DNA from: an uncultured Bacillales bacterium
Lineage (GTDB): Bacteria > Bacillota_I > Bacilli_A > RFN20 > CAG-826
Length of the DNA stretch: 64,000 bases
Direction of reading: 5' to 3'
Assembly: GCA_947164155.1 (NCBI GenBank)
Contig: CAMUVS010000002.1
Span: 16,971 to 80,970, forward strand
Below the pieces are notes generated by a model. It was given only the letters and a program-made list of their open reading frames with translations, was not told the origin of the DNA and made no database searches. Both the position numbers and the translations under genes were made by a program. This document shows, piece after piece, positions 55,928 to 64,000 of the stretch (within the stretch, counting starts at the first letter, position 1; each line of letters opens with the position of its first letter).

Positions 55928-57143
55928 CCAAAATATCTCCTCCATCAATTAAATTATCAACGAATACATCAATATCTTTTTTAGAAGTATATAAATAAAA
56001 GCTTGCTCTAACAGTAGCGACAGTATCAATAACTTCATCAATCATTTTTGCACAGTGTTGTCCGCTTCTAACTGCAATACCTTTAGAGTTAAGTAAAGTC
56101 GCTTCATCTTGAGCAAAAACACCTACTCGATTAAAAGCGATAATTCCAGATTTAGAATCTTTATTATAAATAACAATGTCTTTACATTTTTCTAATTTAG
56201 AAAGAGCGTAATCCGCTAGTTCTAATTCATATTGATGAATGCTATCAATACCAATGGAGTTAATAAAATCAATCGCGGCTCCAAAGCCAATAATACCAGC
56301 AATATTTAAAGTACCAGCTTCAAATTTATACGGAGCATCTAAAGGAATAACATTCATATCTTTAGAAAATTTAACATTCATTCCTCCACCAGTCTTAAAT
56401 AAAGACATCTTTTGGAGTAAATCATATTTGCCGATTAAAGCTCCTACTCCGGTAGGCCCACACATTTTATGAGCGGAGAAAGTAATAAAATCAACGTCTA
56501 AATCTTTAAAATCAGTTTTAATATGTGGCACGGATTGAGCGCCATCTAAAACAAAGATAGCGTTATGTTCATGAGCTACTTTAGCTATACCTTTTGCGTC
56601 TATTTCATATCCCAGTACATTACTAACATGGGCAAAAGACACAATCTTAATATTTTGATATTTATTAAATGCTTCTTTAACTTTGTTAACAGTAATCTTT
56701 TTATCTTCTAATTCTACAAATTTTACTTTTGCCCCAGTTAATTCGCAAATTCGGTACCAAGGTAAAGTATTAGAAGCATGTTCTTCTAGACTTAATAAAA
56801 TAACATCATCTTTCTTTAAATTAGATAAAGCATAACCATAAGCAATCAAATTTAAAGCTTCAGTATCTCCAGAAGTAAACACCACTTCATTAACATCAGA
56901 ATTAATAAAATTAGCAATTTTTCTTCTGACTTCTTGGACTTTCATATCCACTTTATAGCAAAGATCATAGTCTCCACGATGATGATTAGCGGTGTAGTCA
57001 CTATAATATTCTTCAATTGCTTTAATAACGGAATATGGTTTAAAGGTAGTTGAAGCATTATCAAGGAACACTAAAGGCACACCTTGCATAGTCTTATTAT
57101 TTAGCATTGGAAATTGTTTTCTAATTTCGTCTAACTTATACAT
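55911..57143 (-). CDS. sufS: Cysteine desulfurase SufS (group II)
   Basis: It has FLDNASTT, the PLP-Lys context FSAHKMCGPTGVG and the active-site loop RSGQHCA. I set the start at MYKLDEIRKQFP (57143). Confidence 0.92.
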   Translation of the reverse strand: MYKLDEIRKQFPMLNNKTMQGVPLVFLDNASTTFKPYSVIKAIEEYYSDYTANHHRGDYDLCYKVDMKVQEVRRKIANFINSDVNEVVFTSGDTEALNLIAYGYALSNLKKDDVILLSLEEHASNTLPWYRICELTGAKVKFVELEDKKITVNKVKEAFNKYQNIKIVSFAHVSNVLGYEIDAKGIAKVAHEHNAIFVLDGAQSVPHIKTDFKDLDVDFITFSAHKMCGPTGVGALIGKYDLLQKMSLFKTGGGMNVKFSKDMNVIPLDAPYKFEAGTLNIAGIIGFGAAIDFINSIGIDSIHQYELELADYALSKLEKCKDIVIYNKDSKSGIIAFNRVGVFAQDEATLLNSKGIAVRSGQHCAKMIDEVIDTVATVRASFYLYTSKKDIDVFVDNLIDGGDILDAYFK

Positions 57144-57909
57144 TAGAAAGTCTCCTTTCAATAAGACTATCAATCTCATTTTGAATAGAGTCATTAAATC
57201 CTTTTAAGATTGGTTTTAAATAGCCTAATGTAATAAGCATTTTTGCTTCTTCTAAATTTAAGCCTCTAGAGGTTAAATAAAATATATGCTCATCACTCAC
57301 TTTTCCAACACTTGCGGCATGGCTTGCTTCGATATCATTTTCATCAATTTTTAATATTGGTTTAGCTTTAGCCACACACTCATTATCAAAGACCACAATT
57401 TTCGCGTTTTGATGGGATTTAGATAAGTGACATCCTTTGTTAATATAAGAAATACCTGAGAAAGTTAATTGACCCTTATCTTTACAAACTCCATAATTAT
57501 CAATTCGCCCAAAAGTAGATGGGTGATTATGATAAATATTAACCACAATATCTTTATTATCATTATTAGAAGATAAAGAAGCTAAATGCCATTCACAAGT
57601 CGCGCCTTCTTCATTTAAATTTATCGTCGCGTCTAGTTTATTTTTTAAGACACTAAAATCAGCAAAATATACAACAATTTTCGAATTTTTTCCTAGATTT
57701 GCAGTGATTTTACAGTTTTCAAGAGCTTTATCAGAGAAGATTGATAAATATAAAACACTATTCTCTAACACTTCAAAAGATAGCTCATTATCACTTTTCA
57801 AATTATGTAGATATAAACTAGATTCATTTTTAGAAACAGTAAAAGAAAGTTGACTATCCAAAATGGATAAATCTAAACTAGCGTTTTCTTCTACAATAAT
57901 CTTATTCAT
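57136..57909 (-). CDS. sufD: Short SufD-like Fe-S assembly protein
   Basis: It has beta-helix repeats and the C-terminal HAASVGKVSDEHIFYLTSRGLNLEEAKMLI motif shared with SufB/SufD. At 257 aa it is shorter than typical SufD. Confidence 0.75.
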   Translation of the reverse strand: MNKIIVEENASLDLSILDSQLSFTVSKNESSLYLHNLKSDNELSFEVLENSVLYLSIFSDKALENCKITANLGKNSKIVVYFADFSVLKNKLDATINLNEEGATCEWHLASLSSNNDNKDIVVNIYHNHPSTFGRIDNYGVCKDKGQLTFSGISYINKGCHLSKSHQNAKIVVFDNECVAKAKPILKIDENDIEASHAASVGKVSDEHIFYLTSRGLNLEEAKMLITLGYLKPILKGFNDSIQNEIDSLIERRLSNV

Positions 57910-57911
57910 AC

Positions 57912-58733
57912 TTATTTTTTAATCGATTCTCTAACAGCACAACTACCAATAGAGACTTCATTCATTTTACTTTCTTCTTTTTCGATACTAATTCCAAGTT
58001 CAGTTTTAATGAATTCATATCCGGTTTGATCAATTCTCTTGATGAGACTTGGATCACCATCTAAAACGATTTTTCCATTCACAATAACAATCGCTCTTGT
58101 AGGTTTAATTAAATCAAATAATCTAGCATAGTGAGAAATAACTAAAAATCCCTTGCCTTGAGCTTCTAATTTATTGATCACATCGGCGACTGTTTGAATC
58201 GCATCAACATCTAAGCCAGAATCAATTTCATCAAGCATCGCGATTTTTGGATTTAATAACATCAATTGAAGTATTTCGTTTCTTTTCTTTTCTCCACCAG
58301 AAAATCCTTCATTTAAACTTCTAGTGGCTAAATCAAATGGCATCTTTAATTCTTTAGTCGCATTATCAAGTAACTTATAAAATTTATAAGTCGAAATTCT
58401 TTCCTCGCTAGTCGCGTTAACTGCCGCTCTTAAGAAATCACTATTAATAACTCCTGGAACTTCAGCAGGATTTTGTAATCCTAGAAATAAACCTGCTCTA
58501 GCACGTTCATCAGTGGATAAATTTGTTAAATCTAAGTCGTCTAAATAAATGCTACCCTGAGTAATCTTATATCTAGGATGACCCATAATCGCGTTAAATA
58601 ATGTGGACTTACCGTGTCCATTAGGCCCAAGTAAAGCCACAGTTTCTCCTTCAGAAATGCTAAAAGAGACACCTTTAAGGATTTCTTTTCCTTCAACTTG
58701 GACATGTAGGTCATTAATTTTTAAAGTTGCCAT
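57912..58733 (-). CDS. sufC: Fe-S cluster assembly ATPase SufC
   Basis: It has Walker A GPNGHGKST, signature FSGGEKKR and Walker B AMLDEIDSGLD. Confidence 0.95.
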   Translation of the reverse strand: MATLKINDLHVQVEGKEILKGVSFSISEGETVALLGPNGHGKSTLFNAIMGHPRYKITQGSIYLDDLDLTNLSTDERARAGLFLGLQNPAEVPGVINSDFLRAAVNATSEERISTYKFYKLLDNATKELKMPFDLATRSLNEGFSGGEKKRNEILQLMLLNPKIAMLDEIDSGLDVDAIQTVADVINKLEAQGKGFLVISHYARLFDLIKPTRAIVIVNGKIVLDGDPSLIKRIDQTGYEFIKTELGISIEKEESKMNEVSIGSCAVRESIKK

Positions 58734-58922
58734 GCTAATACCTCAATGCTGAAATATTGTAATTTTTAGCAAAATAATATGCAAACGATATAGTAATAAA
58801 AATGTAAATAATGAGTTTCTTGCGTATGTGCTCATACAAAAATAATTAAAATTATTATTGCGCGCAAAAATGAAGATATATAAAATATATTCGCTATGTA
58901 TTCAAAAAGGAGAAACAATTAG

Positions 58923-61031
58923 ATGAAAAAAAGTAAGCTATCTATCGGTTTAGTTACTAGTTTCATCGGCGCTCTTGCGTTAACTAGCTGTGGAGACGCA
59001 GCAACAGTTACCCCAAGTGACAAATCTGTTGTTGATTTTATCGGTTATAACAGTTCAACTGACCGTATTGAAATCAACGTGGATGAATTGTATCGTGAAT
59101 TTGGAGAAGGAAAAGATGGCACAACCAAATACTATAATGCCATCCTTGAATCTTTAATCAGATACGAATATCCAAAACTTGCCGCAGATGAGAATCCAAA
59201 AGAACCTGATCTCAAAAAGTTTAGCAGAATTAAGTCAGAAGCCGCTGATAAAGTGAAAGCAGCTAGACAAACCGCTAATGATAATGCCACTAATAACGGC
59301 ACTGAACCAGAGGATGAATGGGCAAAGATTTTAGAAAGTAACAATGTCGATTCCGAAGAAAACCTCAGATTAAAATACGTCTACGAATTAGAAAAAGAGG
59401 CGATGACTGATTGGTATTTCAAAAAACACTTTGAAACAAGTGAAGATGACACTGTTGTTGGCTTAAGACAAGAATATATTGGAGTGTCTGCTACTACAGA
59501 TGAAACAACCGGTTTAACCAAAGACTGGACAGAAATTGAACCAGCTACTGAAAATGTTGAACCAGTCTTCCCATATCACGTTATTCACATTTTAGTGAAA
59601 TTAAGCGCTGATGCTGGTGATTATAGTCACGCGACAATCTCAGAATCTGAAGCTGAAAAATTATGGGATATTGTCAGACACTTAGTCGACGGACAATATA
59701 GTTTCGAAGAAACTGCTAAATTATCTGATGATACTTCTAGTAGTGAATTTGGTGACGTTGAATTAATGAGCACCAGAACTTCATTCTATAACGAATTCAA
59801 ATTAGGTACTTATGCTTATGACGCTATCTTAAGTGCTAATAATAGCGAAACCGCTGATGTAAACGATAACATTTACAAAGCGTTTGGTATTGATTCCAGC
59901 GCTGAAATCGTCACTAAGACCATGGCAGAAGTTGATTCAACTACTGGAGTGGAATATAGAGTGGAAACTAAAGAAAAAGTTGTCGATTTAATTAAAGAGA
60001 CAATGTTAGATGAAGTTAATGTCCATTTACAAGATCCACAAACTTCTTTACCAGCTATTCCATTTGATGTCTTTAGACAAATTGGTTTATTAGCTAGAGA
60101 AGATAAGATTGGAACCTTCTCTCCAGAAGGCGGCCAAGCTTCCTTACCAAGAAACGTTTTATTCAACGCTTTCTTAAACTTCCGTTCACCATTTGTTATT
60201 ACAAATGAATTATTAAAGCAAGACTCTGTGGACTTTACTAATGATCAAATTGCTACTGAAACATATAACTTCGACGATGAAGAAGTCTTAAAACTTCAAA
60301 GCACCAACTTCCAAGAAGGTAAATTAGGTAATCCAGCCTTCACTAAGAAAGTCTTATGTGACACTAATGGTAACGTTGTTATCGGTGTGAGAAGTACGGC
60401 TGGTATCCACTTCATGGTCATGAGAAAATCAGTCTTTGAAAACACTAATAAGAAAGCTTATGAAAAAGTTGTTTATAAAGCTGATGGTACTATTGATGAA
60501 GATGCATCTATTTTAAAGACACATACATCTTTAGAGGATTATTACTACACTGCTCAAATCCCAACCGATAAAGATTATGATCATGATCATGAAACATATG
60601 TTAACATTAAAAATGTTAATGATAGCTCCTATTATACAAATCGTGTAAACACTATCAAGAACGACGTTAAGTCCAGCAACTTCGATGCTGCTTATGACTA
60701 TCGTCTATATGAAACCTTACTTAACTATCCTCTAGAAGGCGGAGCCTTAAAAGATAGAATCCACTTCTCTGATGAAGTTGAAGGTAAATCTGTTATCAGA
60801 GCTAATATCGAAAGAACTATTAGCCAACTTAGAGAAAGTGCAAAACTCTCTCAAGAAGAATCCATCAATAAAGCATGGACTGAATACCTCATGCAATTAA
60901 TTAACCAAAACGAATTAAGAAGCGATGAAGGTATGTATAAAGATGCATTTGTTCCAACCACTTGTGCCTTCTCATTCAAGAAAGGTAATGAGGACTTATG
61001 GAAAGAAGGAGGAGAGTGCTATGTCAAATAA
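58923..61031 (+). CDS. Large lipoprotein with a parvulin/PrsA-like foldase segment
   Basis: The lipobox is LALTSCG. The segment FPYHVIHILVKLSADAGD...FEETAKLSDDTSSSEFGDVELM...FYNEFKLG resembles the PrsA parvulin core (HILV...S.D...G.lg...f). Confidence 0.55.
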   Translation: MKKSKLSIGLVTSFIGALALTSCGDAATVTPSDKSVVDFIGYNSSTDRIEINVDELYREFGEGKDGTTKYYNAILESLIRYEYPKLAADENPKEPDLKKFSRIKSEAADKVKAARQTANDNATNNGTEPEDEWAKILESNNVDSEENLRLKYVYELEKEAMTDWYFKKHFETSEDDTVVGLRQEYIGVSATTDETTGLTKDWTEIEPATENVEPVFPYHVIHILVKLSADAGDYSHATISESEAEKLWDIVRHLVDGQYSFEETAKLSDDTSSSEFGDVELMSTRTSFYNEFKLGTYAYDAILSANNSETADVNDNIYKAFGIDSSAEIVTKTMAEVDSTTGVEYRVETKEKVVDLIKETMLDEVNVHLQDPQTSLPAIPFDVFRQIGLLAREDKIGTFSPEGGQASLPRNVLFNAFLNFRSPFVITNELLKQDSVDFTNDQIATETYNFDDEEVLKLQSTNFQEGKLGNPAFTKKVLCDTNGNVVIGVRSTAGIHFMVMRKSVFENTNKKAYEKVVYKADGTIDEDASILKTHTSLEDYYYTAQIPTDKDYDHDHETYVNIKNVNDSSYYTNRVNTIKNDVKSSNFDAAYDYRLYETLLNYPLEGGALKDRIHFSDEVEGKSVIRANIERTISQLRESAKLSQEESINKAWTEYLMQLINQNELRSDEGMYKDAFVPTTCAFSFKKGNEDLWKEGGECYVK

Positions 61032-63018
61032 GAAATTTCCTAAATTAGCAGTTTTATCCTTATTAGGCGTCTTAGGCTTAACTGCCTGTGGTAGTTCTAC
61101 TGAAGAAGTTAAATCTTTACCAGGTAACTACAATGGCCCAATCATCACCATCGATGATGAGACCGAAGAGATCCATAACAATATTATTAAAATTATTGCG
61201 GATCAACTTCATGATGAAGATCTTCCAAGTAAGACCTTAGACAAAGTCTTATATAGATACGCTCAAAGTGTCTATGGTGCTTATAACAAAGTTGCTCTTG
61301 CTGATGGCGACACCAGTGTCACCTTAAAAGAAGCAACCAAAATTGCTAGAAGCAACAATGCTTCTACTGAAGAATTAGAAAAACTCTATAAGTTCATTAG
61401 AGCTCATAAAGTCTATTGGACCTATAACGACAAAGGCGAACATATTAATGATGATGACGCTGATCCTAGTAAATGGACTAAAGTTGAAGATGATAAAACT
61501 TTCATTCCATGTAGTTCAGAAATCATCAGAATGACCTCTAGATTTGATGATATCGAAAAAAGAATCGCCGAGAATATGTTTGCTAAAGTTTCTGGTAGTT
61601 CCTATACCAGCAAGCACTTCTTTAAAGAAGCTGACTATCTTAAATCTTTATATGAAGCTGGCCAAAGTGTGAAAAAATACACCGAACAAGCTGTTAAAGA
61701 TGTGAAGCCATTAATCATTGATTACACTGTTGAAGAAGATGAAGTATTTACTGCTGGAATTCTTCATAGAGAATTCTATCAATCAAACTTCGACTTAGAT
61801 GAAGATGAAACTGCTGGAACAGAAAAATATCAATATATTGAAAAAGAAATCATTCCACAAATCTATAGCGATTTATTAGTCGAACAATATTTATTAGATG
61901 AAGAAAGTAACGCGGTTAAACAATCAAGAGCAAGATTAATCAACGTTATTAAAATCGAAAAATATTCTTCCTTCCACATTAACGCTGACTTATTAGTTAA
62001 ACAATTAGTAAGAGAAATCTATTCTAAAGCTCCAACTGGCGATTACCTCGCTTATGTTGATGAAACTAATAACCCATTTAGAGAAGTCTTTGAAAAATAT
62101 GAAGAAATCTCCAAAGGATTAAAAGTCTATGACCCAGCAACAGTCACCCCTGTTACTGATGAAACAAGCGCAGAATATTGGAATGCTGAACAAATTATCT
62201 ATAGAATTCACGAATCTCGTTCTGACGCCTTCAAATATGCTGTCAAACAAGGCAAAGCATATTATGAAAACACCACCTATGGTGATTTAGTCGAAGACTA
62301 TGATGAATTCTTATCCGCTGAAAGCTTTGAAGAAATCGATACCTCTTTAAGAAATAAGTTCACCTCTAGTGGCACTGTTTCTCCAGAAGAAGGATTCGAT
62401 CAAGAAAGAATTTCCTTAAGTCAAGTCGAAGCGATTACTAAAGGCTGGTACGTCCAAAAAAGCGGACCATCATTAGATAGTAACGGCACCATCAAATCTA
62501 ACTTATTCCAACTCTCAGTTGCTAATAACAAATTAGAAGCTAAAGACGCTACTGATGAAATCCTTAAATATGATAATGTCTCTGGTTTAGCCGCCACTGA
62601 TAGATATGTCAAAAATGAAGGTGTCTGGGAAGTTAGAGAAGAAAAAGCTAAAGCAGAAAACAAATACATCTGCTCTATCAACGGCAGCTACTTCCTCAAA
62701 TTTGAAGGAAGCTACGCTGGTAGCGAATATACAAGTGATATCGTCTACGACGATGGAAGTGCATATTATATCTGCCAAGTCATCGAAGCTGCTAAAGACG
62801 TCAAGTTAAGAAATTCTGAATCCGAAGGTAGCTATGCTAACACCCGTGGACAAGAATTCTTAAATGAAGTCATCTCTGAAGTCACCACTAAAGTCGCTGA
62901 AACCGGTAGCTATTCTTCTTTAAGTAAAGAATATTGGTTAAAGAAGATGGACATCGTCTATCACGATCAAAGTGTCTATGATTACTTCAAGAGTAATTAT
63001 CCAGACTTATTTGAATAA
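61021..63018 (+). CDS. Large lipoprotein, function unknown (possible chaperone-like partner of the upstream gene)
   Basis: I set the start at the ATG at 61021 after GGAGGAG, which gives MSNKKFPKLAVLSLLGVLGLTACGS with a lipobox. It overlaps the upstream gene by 11 nt. The track ORF start at 60925 would lack a signal peptide. Confidence 0.55.
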   Translation: MSNKKFPKLAVLSLLGVLGLTACGSSTEEVKSLPGNYNGPIITIDDETEEIHNNIIKIIADQLHDEDLPSKTLDKVLYRYAQSVYGAYNKVALADGDTSVTLKEATKIARSNNASTEELEKLYKFIRAHKVYWTYNDKGEHINDDDADPSKWTKVEDDKTFIPCSSEIIRMTSRFDDIEKRIAENMFAKVSGSSYTSKHFFKEADYLKSLYEAGQSVKKYTEQAVKDVKPLIIDYTVEEDEVFTAGILHREFYQSNFDLDEDETAGTEKYQYIEKEIIPQIYSDLLVEQYLLDEESNAVKQSRARLINVIKIEKYSSFHINADLLVKQLVREIYSKAPTGDYLAYVDETNNPFREVFEKYEEISKGLKVYDPATVTPVTDETSAEYWNAEQIIYRIHESRSDAFKYAVKQGKAYYENTTYGDLVEDYDEFLSAESFEEIDTSLRNKFTSSGTVSPEEGFDQERISLSQVEAITKGWYVQKSGPSLDSNGTIKSNLFQLSVANNKLEAKDATDEILKYDNVSGLAATDRYVKNEGVWEVREEKAKAENKYICSINGSYFLKFEGSYAGSEYTSDIVYDDGSAYYICQVIEAAKDVKLRNSESEGSYANTRGQEFLNEVISEVTTKVAETGSYSSLSKEYWLKKMDIVYHDQSVYDYFKSNYPDLFE

Positions 63019-63035
63019 TTAACAAAACAAAACTA

Positions 63036-63066
63036 ACCAGGTGCAATATTAAAGTGCCTGGTTTTT
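63036..63066 (+). terminator. Weak candidate terminator
   Basis: ACCAGG, a 15-nt loop, then CCTGGT followed by TTTT. Confidence 0.3.
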
Positions 63067-63111
63067 ATATTATAAAAAAGGATATATAATTAAATAGAGG
63101 TAGTAATTATT

Positions 63112-63522
63112 ATGGAAAAAGATATTTTTTGCAAAATTATTGATGGGGAGATCCCATGTCATAAAGTCTATGAAGATGATGATGTACTCGCCTTCTTAGA
63201 TATTTCTCAAGTCACTAAGGGGCACACTTTAGTAATTTCTAAAAAACATTACGATAATTTCTTAACAATCCCACAAGAAGAAATGCATAGAGTCATGGAT
63301 GTCGCTCAAAGGATTGGTCAAGTCGAAGTGAAGCTACTTGGCGCTAGAGGGGTGAATATACTCACTAACTGCTATCCTGCTGCAGGACAAACAGTGATGC
63401 ATTTCCATGTCCACGTTATTCCTCGATATAACTCTGAAGAAGGATTTATCTTAGAGATGAAAAATAACGCAGAAGGACTTAATCTTCCAGCATTAGCGAA
63501 AGAGATTAAAAAGGAATTATAG
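63112..63522 (+). CDS. HIT-family nucleotide hydrolase (HinT-like)
   Basis: It has IFCKIIDGEIPCHKVYEDDDVLAFLDISQVTKGHTLVISKKH and the histidine triad HFHVHVIP. Confidence 0.9.
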   Translation: MEKDIFCKIIDGEIPCHKVYEDDDVLAFLDISQVTKGHTLVISKKHYDNFLTIPQEEMHRVMDVAQRIGQVEVKLLGARGVNILTNCYPAAGQTVMHFHVHVIPRYNSEEGFILEMKNNAEGLNLPALAKEIKKEL

Positions 63523-63526
63523 TTAT

Positions 63527-63548
63527 AAGGCTCAATAAGAGCCTTTTT
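63527..63548 (+). terminator. Intrinsic terminator after the HIT gene
   Basis: AAGGCTC-AATAA-GAGCCTT followed by TTT. Confidence 0.55.
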
Positions 63549-63557
63549 AAATAAACT

Positions 63558-63580
63558 AAAAAAGCGGATTTCCGCTTTTT
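63558..63580. terminator. Bidirectional terminator between the convergent HIT and yhaM genes
   Basis: AAAAAA-GCGGA-tt-TCCGC-TTTTT. U-tracts are available on both strands. Confidence 0.5.
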
Positions 63581-63593
63581 CTATGTCTTAATA

Positions 63594-64000
63594 TTATTCT
63601 TTTGGTTTATAGAACATTCTGCCGTCAAGCGCGAACACCTTTTGAGAGAATTCTCCAGAAGCGACATCTATAAGCGCTTTATCTAGCACTAGCATCTTAC
63701 TATCTAAATTATCAATCATAGATAATAGTAGAGCTTCTTTAGTAAGAGGAAGGACAGGAGAGCCAAATTCTAATTGTCCGTGATGAGATAACACCATATG
63801 TTCTAATAATAGAGGGACTTCACTAGTTAAGCCTAATTCTTTAGTGGCGATTCTAAGCTCTCCACACATAATAGAAATATGACCAAGTAGCTTGCCTTCT
63901 AAAGAATAGTGATAAACCGCTGGACCTTCTAATTCAATCATCTTTCCAAAGTCATGGAGTAAAGCGCCTGTAACTAATAAATCTCGATTAATATCAGGAT
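63594..64000 (-). CDS. yhaM: HD-domain 3'-5' exoribonuclease YhaM-like, C-terminal part (5' end outside the window)
   Basis: The ORF stays open to the window edge. The translation ...DINRDLLVTGALLHDFGKMIELEG...LEHMVLSHHGQLEFGSPVLPLTKEALLLSMIDNLDSKM carries HD-domain motifs typical of YhaM/CBASS-unrelated HD exoribonucleases. Confidence 0.75.
   Translation of the reverse strand, partial: PDINRDLLVTGALLHDFGKMIELEGPAVYHYSLEGKLLGHISIMCGELRIATKELGLTSEVPLLLEHMVLSHHGQLEFGSPVLPLTKEALLLSMIDNLDSKMLVLDKALIDVASGEFSQKVFALDGRMFYKPKE

Noticed and set aside
58734-58922. A strand switch from a minus-strand block to a plus-strand block next to mnmG/rsmG, considered as a possible replication origin.
   Set aside because: I found no DnaA-box-like TTATCCACA/TGTGGATAA motif in the spacer. 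Neither dnaA nor dnaN is nearby. A minus-strand gene reappears at 63594. It is most simply a divergent promoter region for sufC and the lipoprotein gene.
60925-61020. N-terminal extensions in the supplied ORF track. These are 60925 for the second lipoprotein, 48882 for the envelope protease, 57194 for sufS, 55948 for sufU, 54103 for mnmG, 51305 for ribU, 39327 for oppC, 23746 for the HTH gene, 13317 for pth, 4598 for lysS and 860 for hup.
   Set aside because: The extensions start at alternative codons or upstream ATGs without an RBS. They overlap the upstream gene or a regulatory hairpin, and they would bury signal peptides or canonical N-termini. Internal ATGs with a good Shine-Dalgarno sequence give family-typical N-termini.
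62421-62809. Three overlapping short ORFs (62421..62681, 62587..62778 and 62606..62809) inside the second lipoprotein gene.
   Set aside because: They are embedded in, or antisense to, a long ORF with a lipoprotein signal. They have no RBS and a repetitive composition. They are not independent genes.
1-64000. Possibility that the genome uses the Mycoplasma/Spiroplasma code (TGA = Trp).
   Set aside because: All long ORFs are intact under the standard code. At least one well-supported gene (13356..14288) terminates with TGA. No gene appears split at an in-frame TGA.

Overview
AT-rich chromosomal segment that uses the standard genetic code: the ORF at 13356..14288 ends in TGA and all long ORFs stay intact under code 11. 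The gene content looks like a wall-less Firmicute or Mollicute of the Acholeplasma type. That placement is inference only, from three things: many lipobox lipoproteins, oversized Opp components, and surface enzymes held by C-terminal TM helices with no LPXTG motif. Almost every gene from 1 to 58.7 kb is on the minus strand. Housekeeping blocks flank the window. On the left: cca', hup, der, cmk, lysS, dus, ftsH, tilS, an S4-domain gene, mfd and pth. On the right: ispD, a ferredoxin, an FMN riboswitch with a ribU-like gene, rsmG-mnmG fused to sufCDSUB, two large lipoproteins, a HIT gene and yhaM'. Between them, about 14.3-48.9 kb is an uninterrupted, co-oriented set of surface nutrient-scavenging genes. 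It encodes an M6/InhA-like metalloprotease lipoprotein, two Big_2 + clostripain (C11) proteases of 712 and 1558 aa, and a 1238-aa S8 subtilase. It also encodes a 1403-aa membrane-anchored endonuclease I and a 1365-aa PrtP/C5a-peptidase-like envelope protease. The envelope protease gene is translationally coupled to an atypical oppA-lipoprotein-oppBCDF operon. The best candidate for something undescribed is the operon at 23.8-33.6 kb (endonuclease, small lipoprotein, giant C11 protease). All three products carry the same ~150-aa module, which I cannot assign to a named family. Other candidates are an autoregulated-looking HTH + minimal nucleotidyltransferase pair inside the island, a shared Cys-containing helical module ahead of the C-terminal anchors, and large lineage-specific insertions in OppC, OppD and OppF. 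I saw no rRNA, tRNA, CRISPR array, transposase or integrase. All family calls come from reading motifs by eye; no database search was run.
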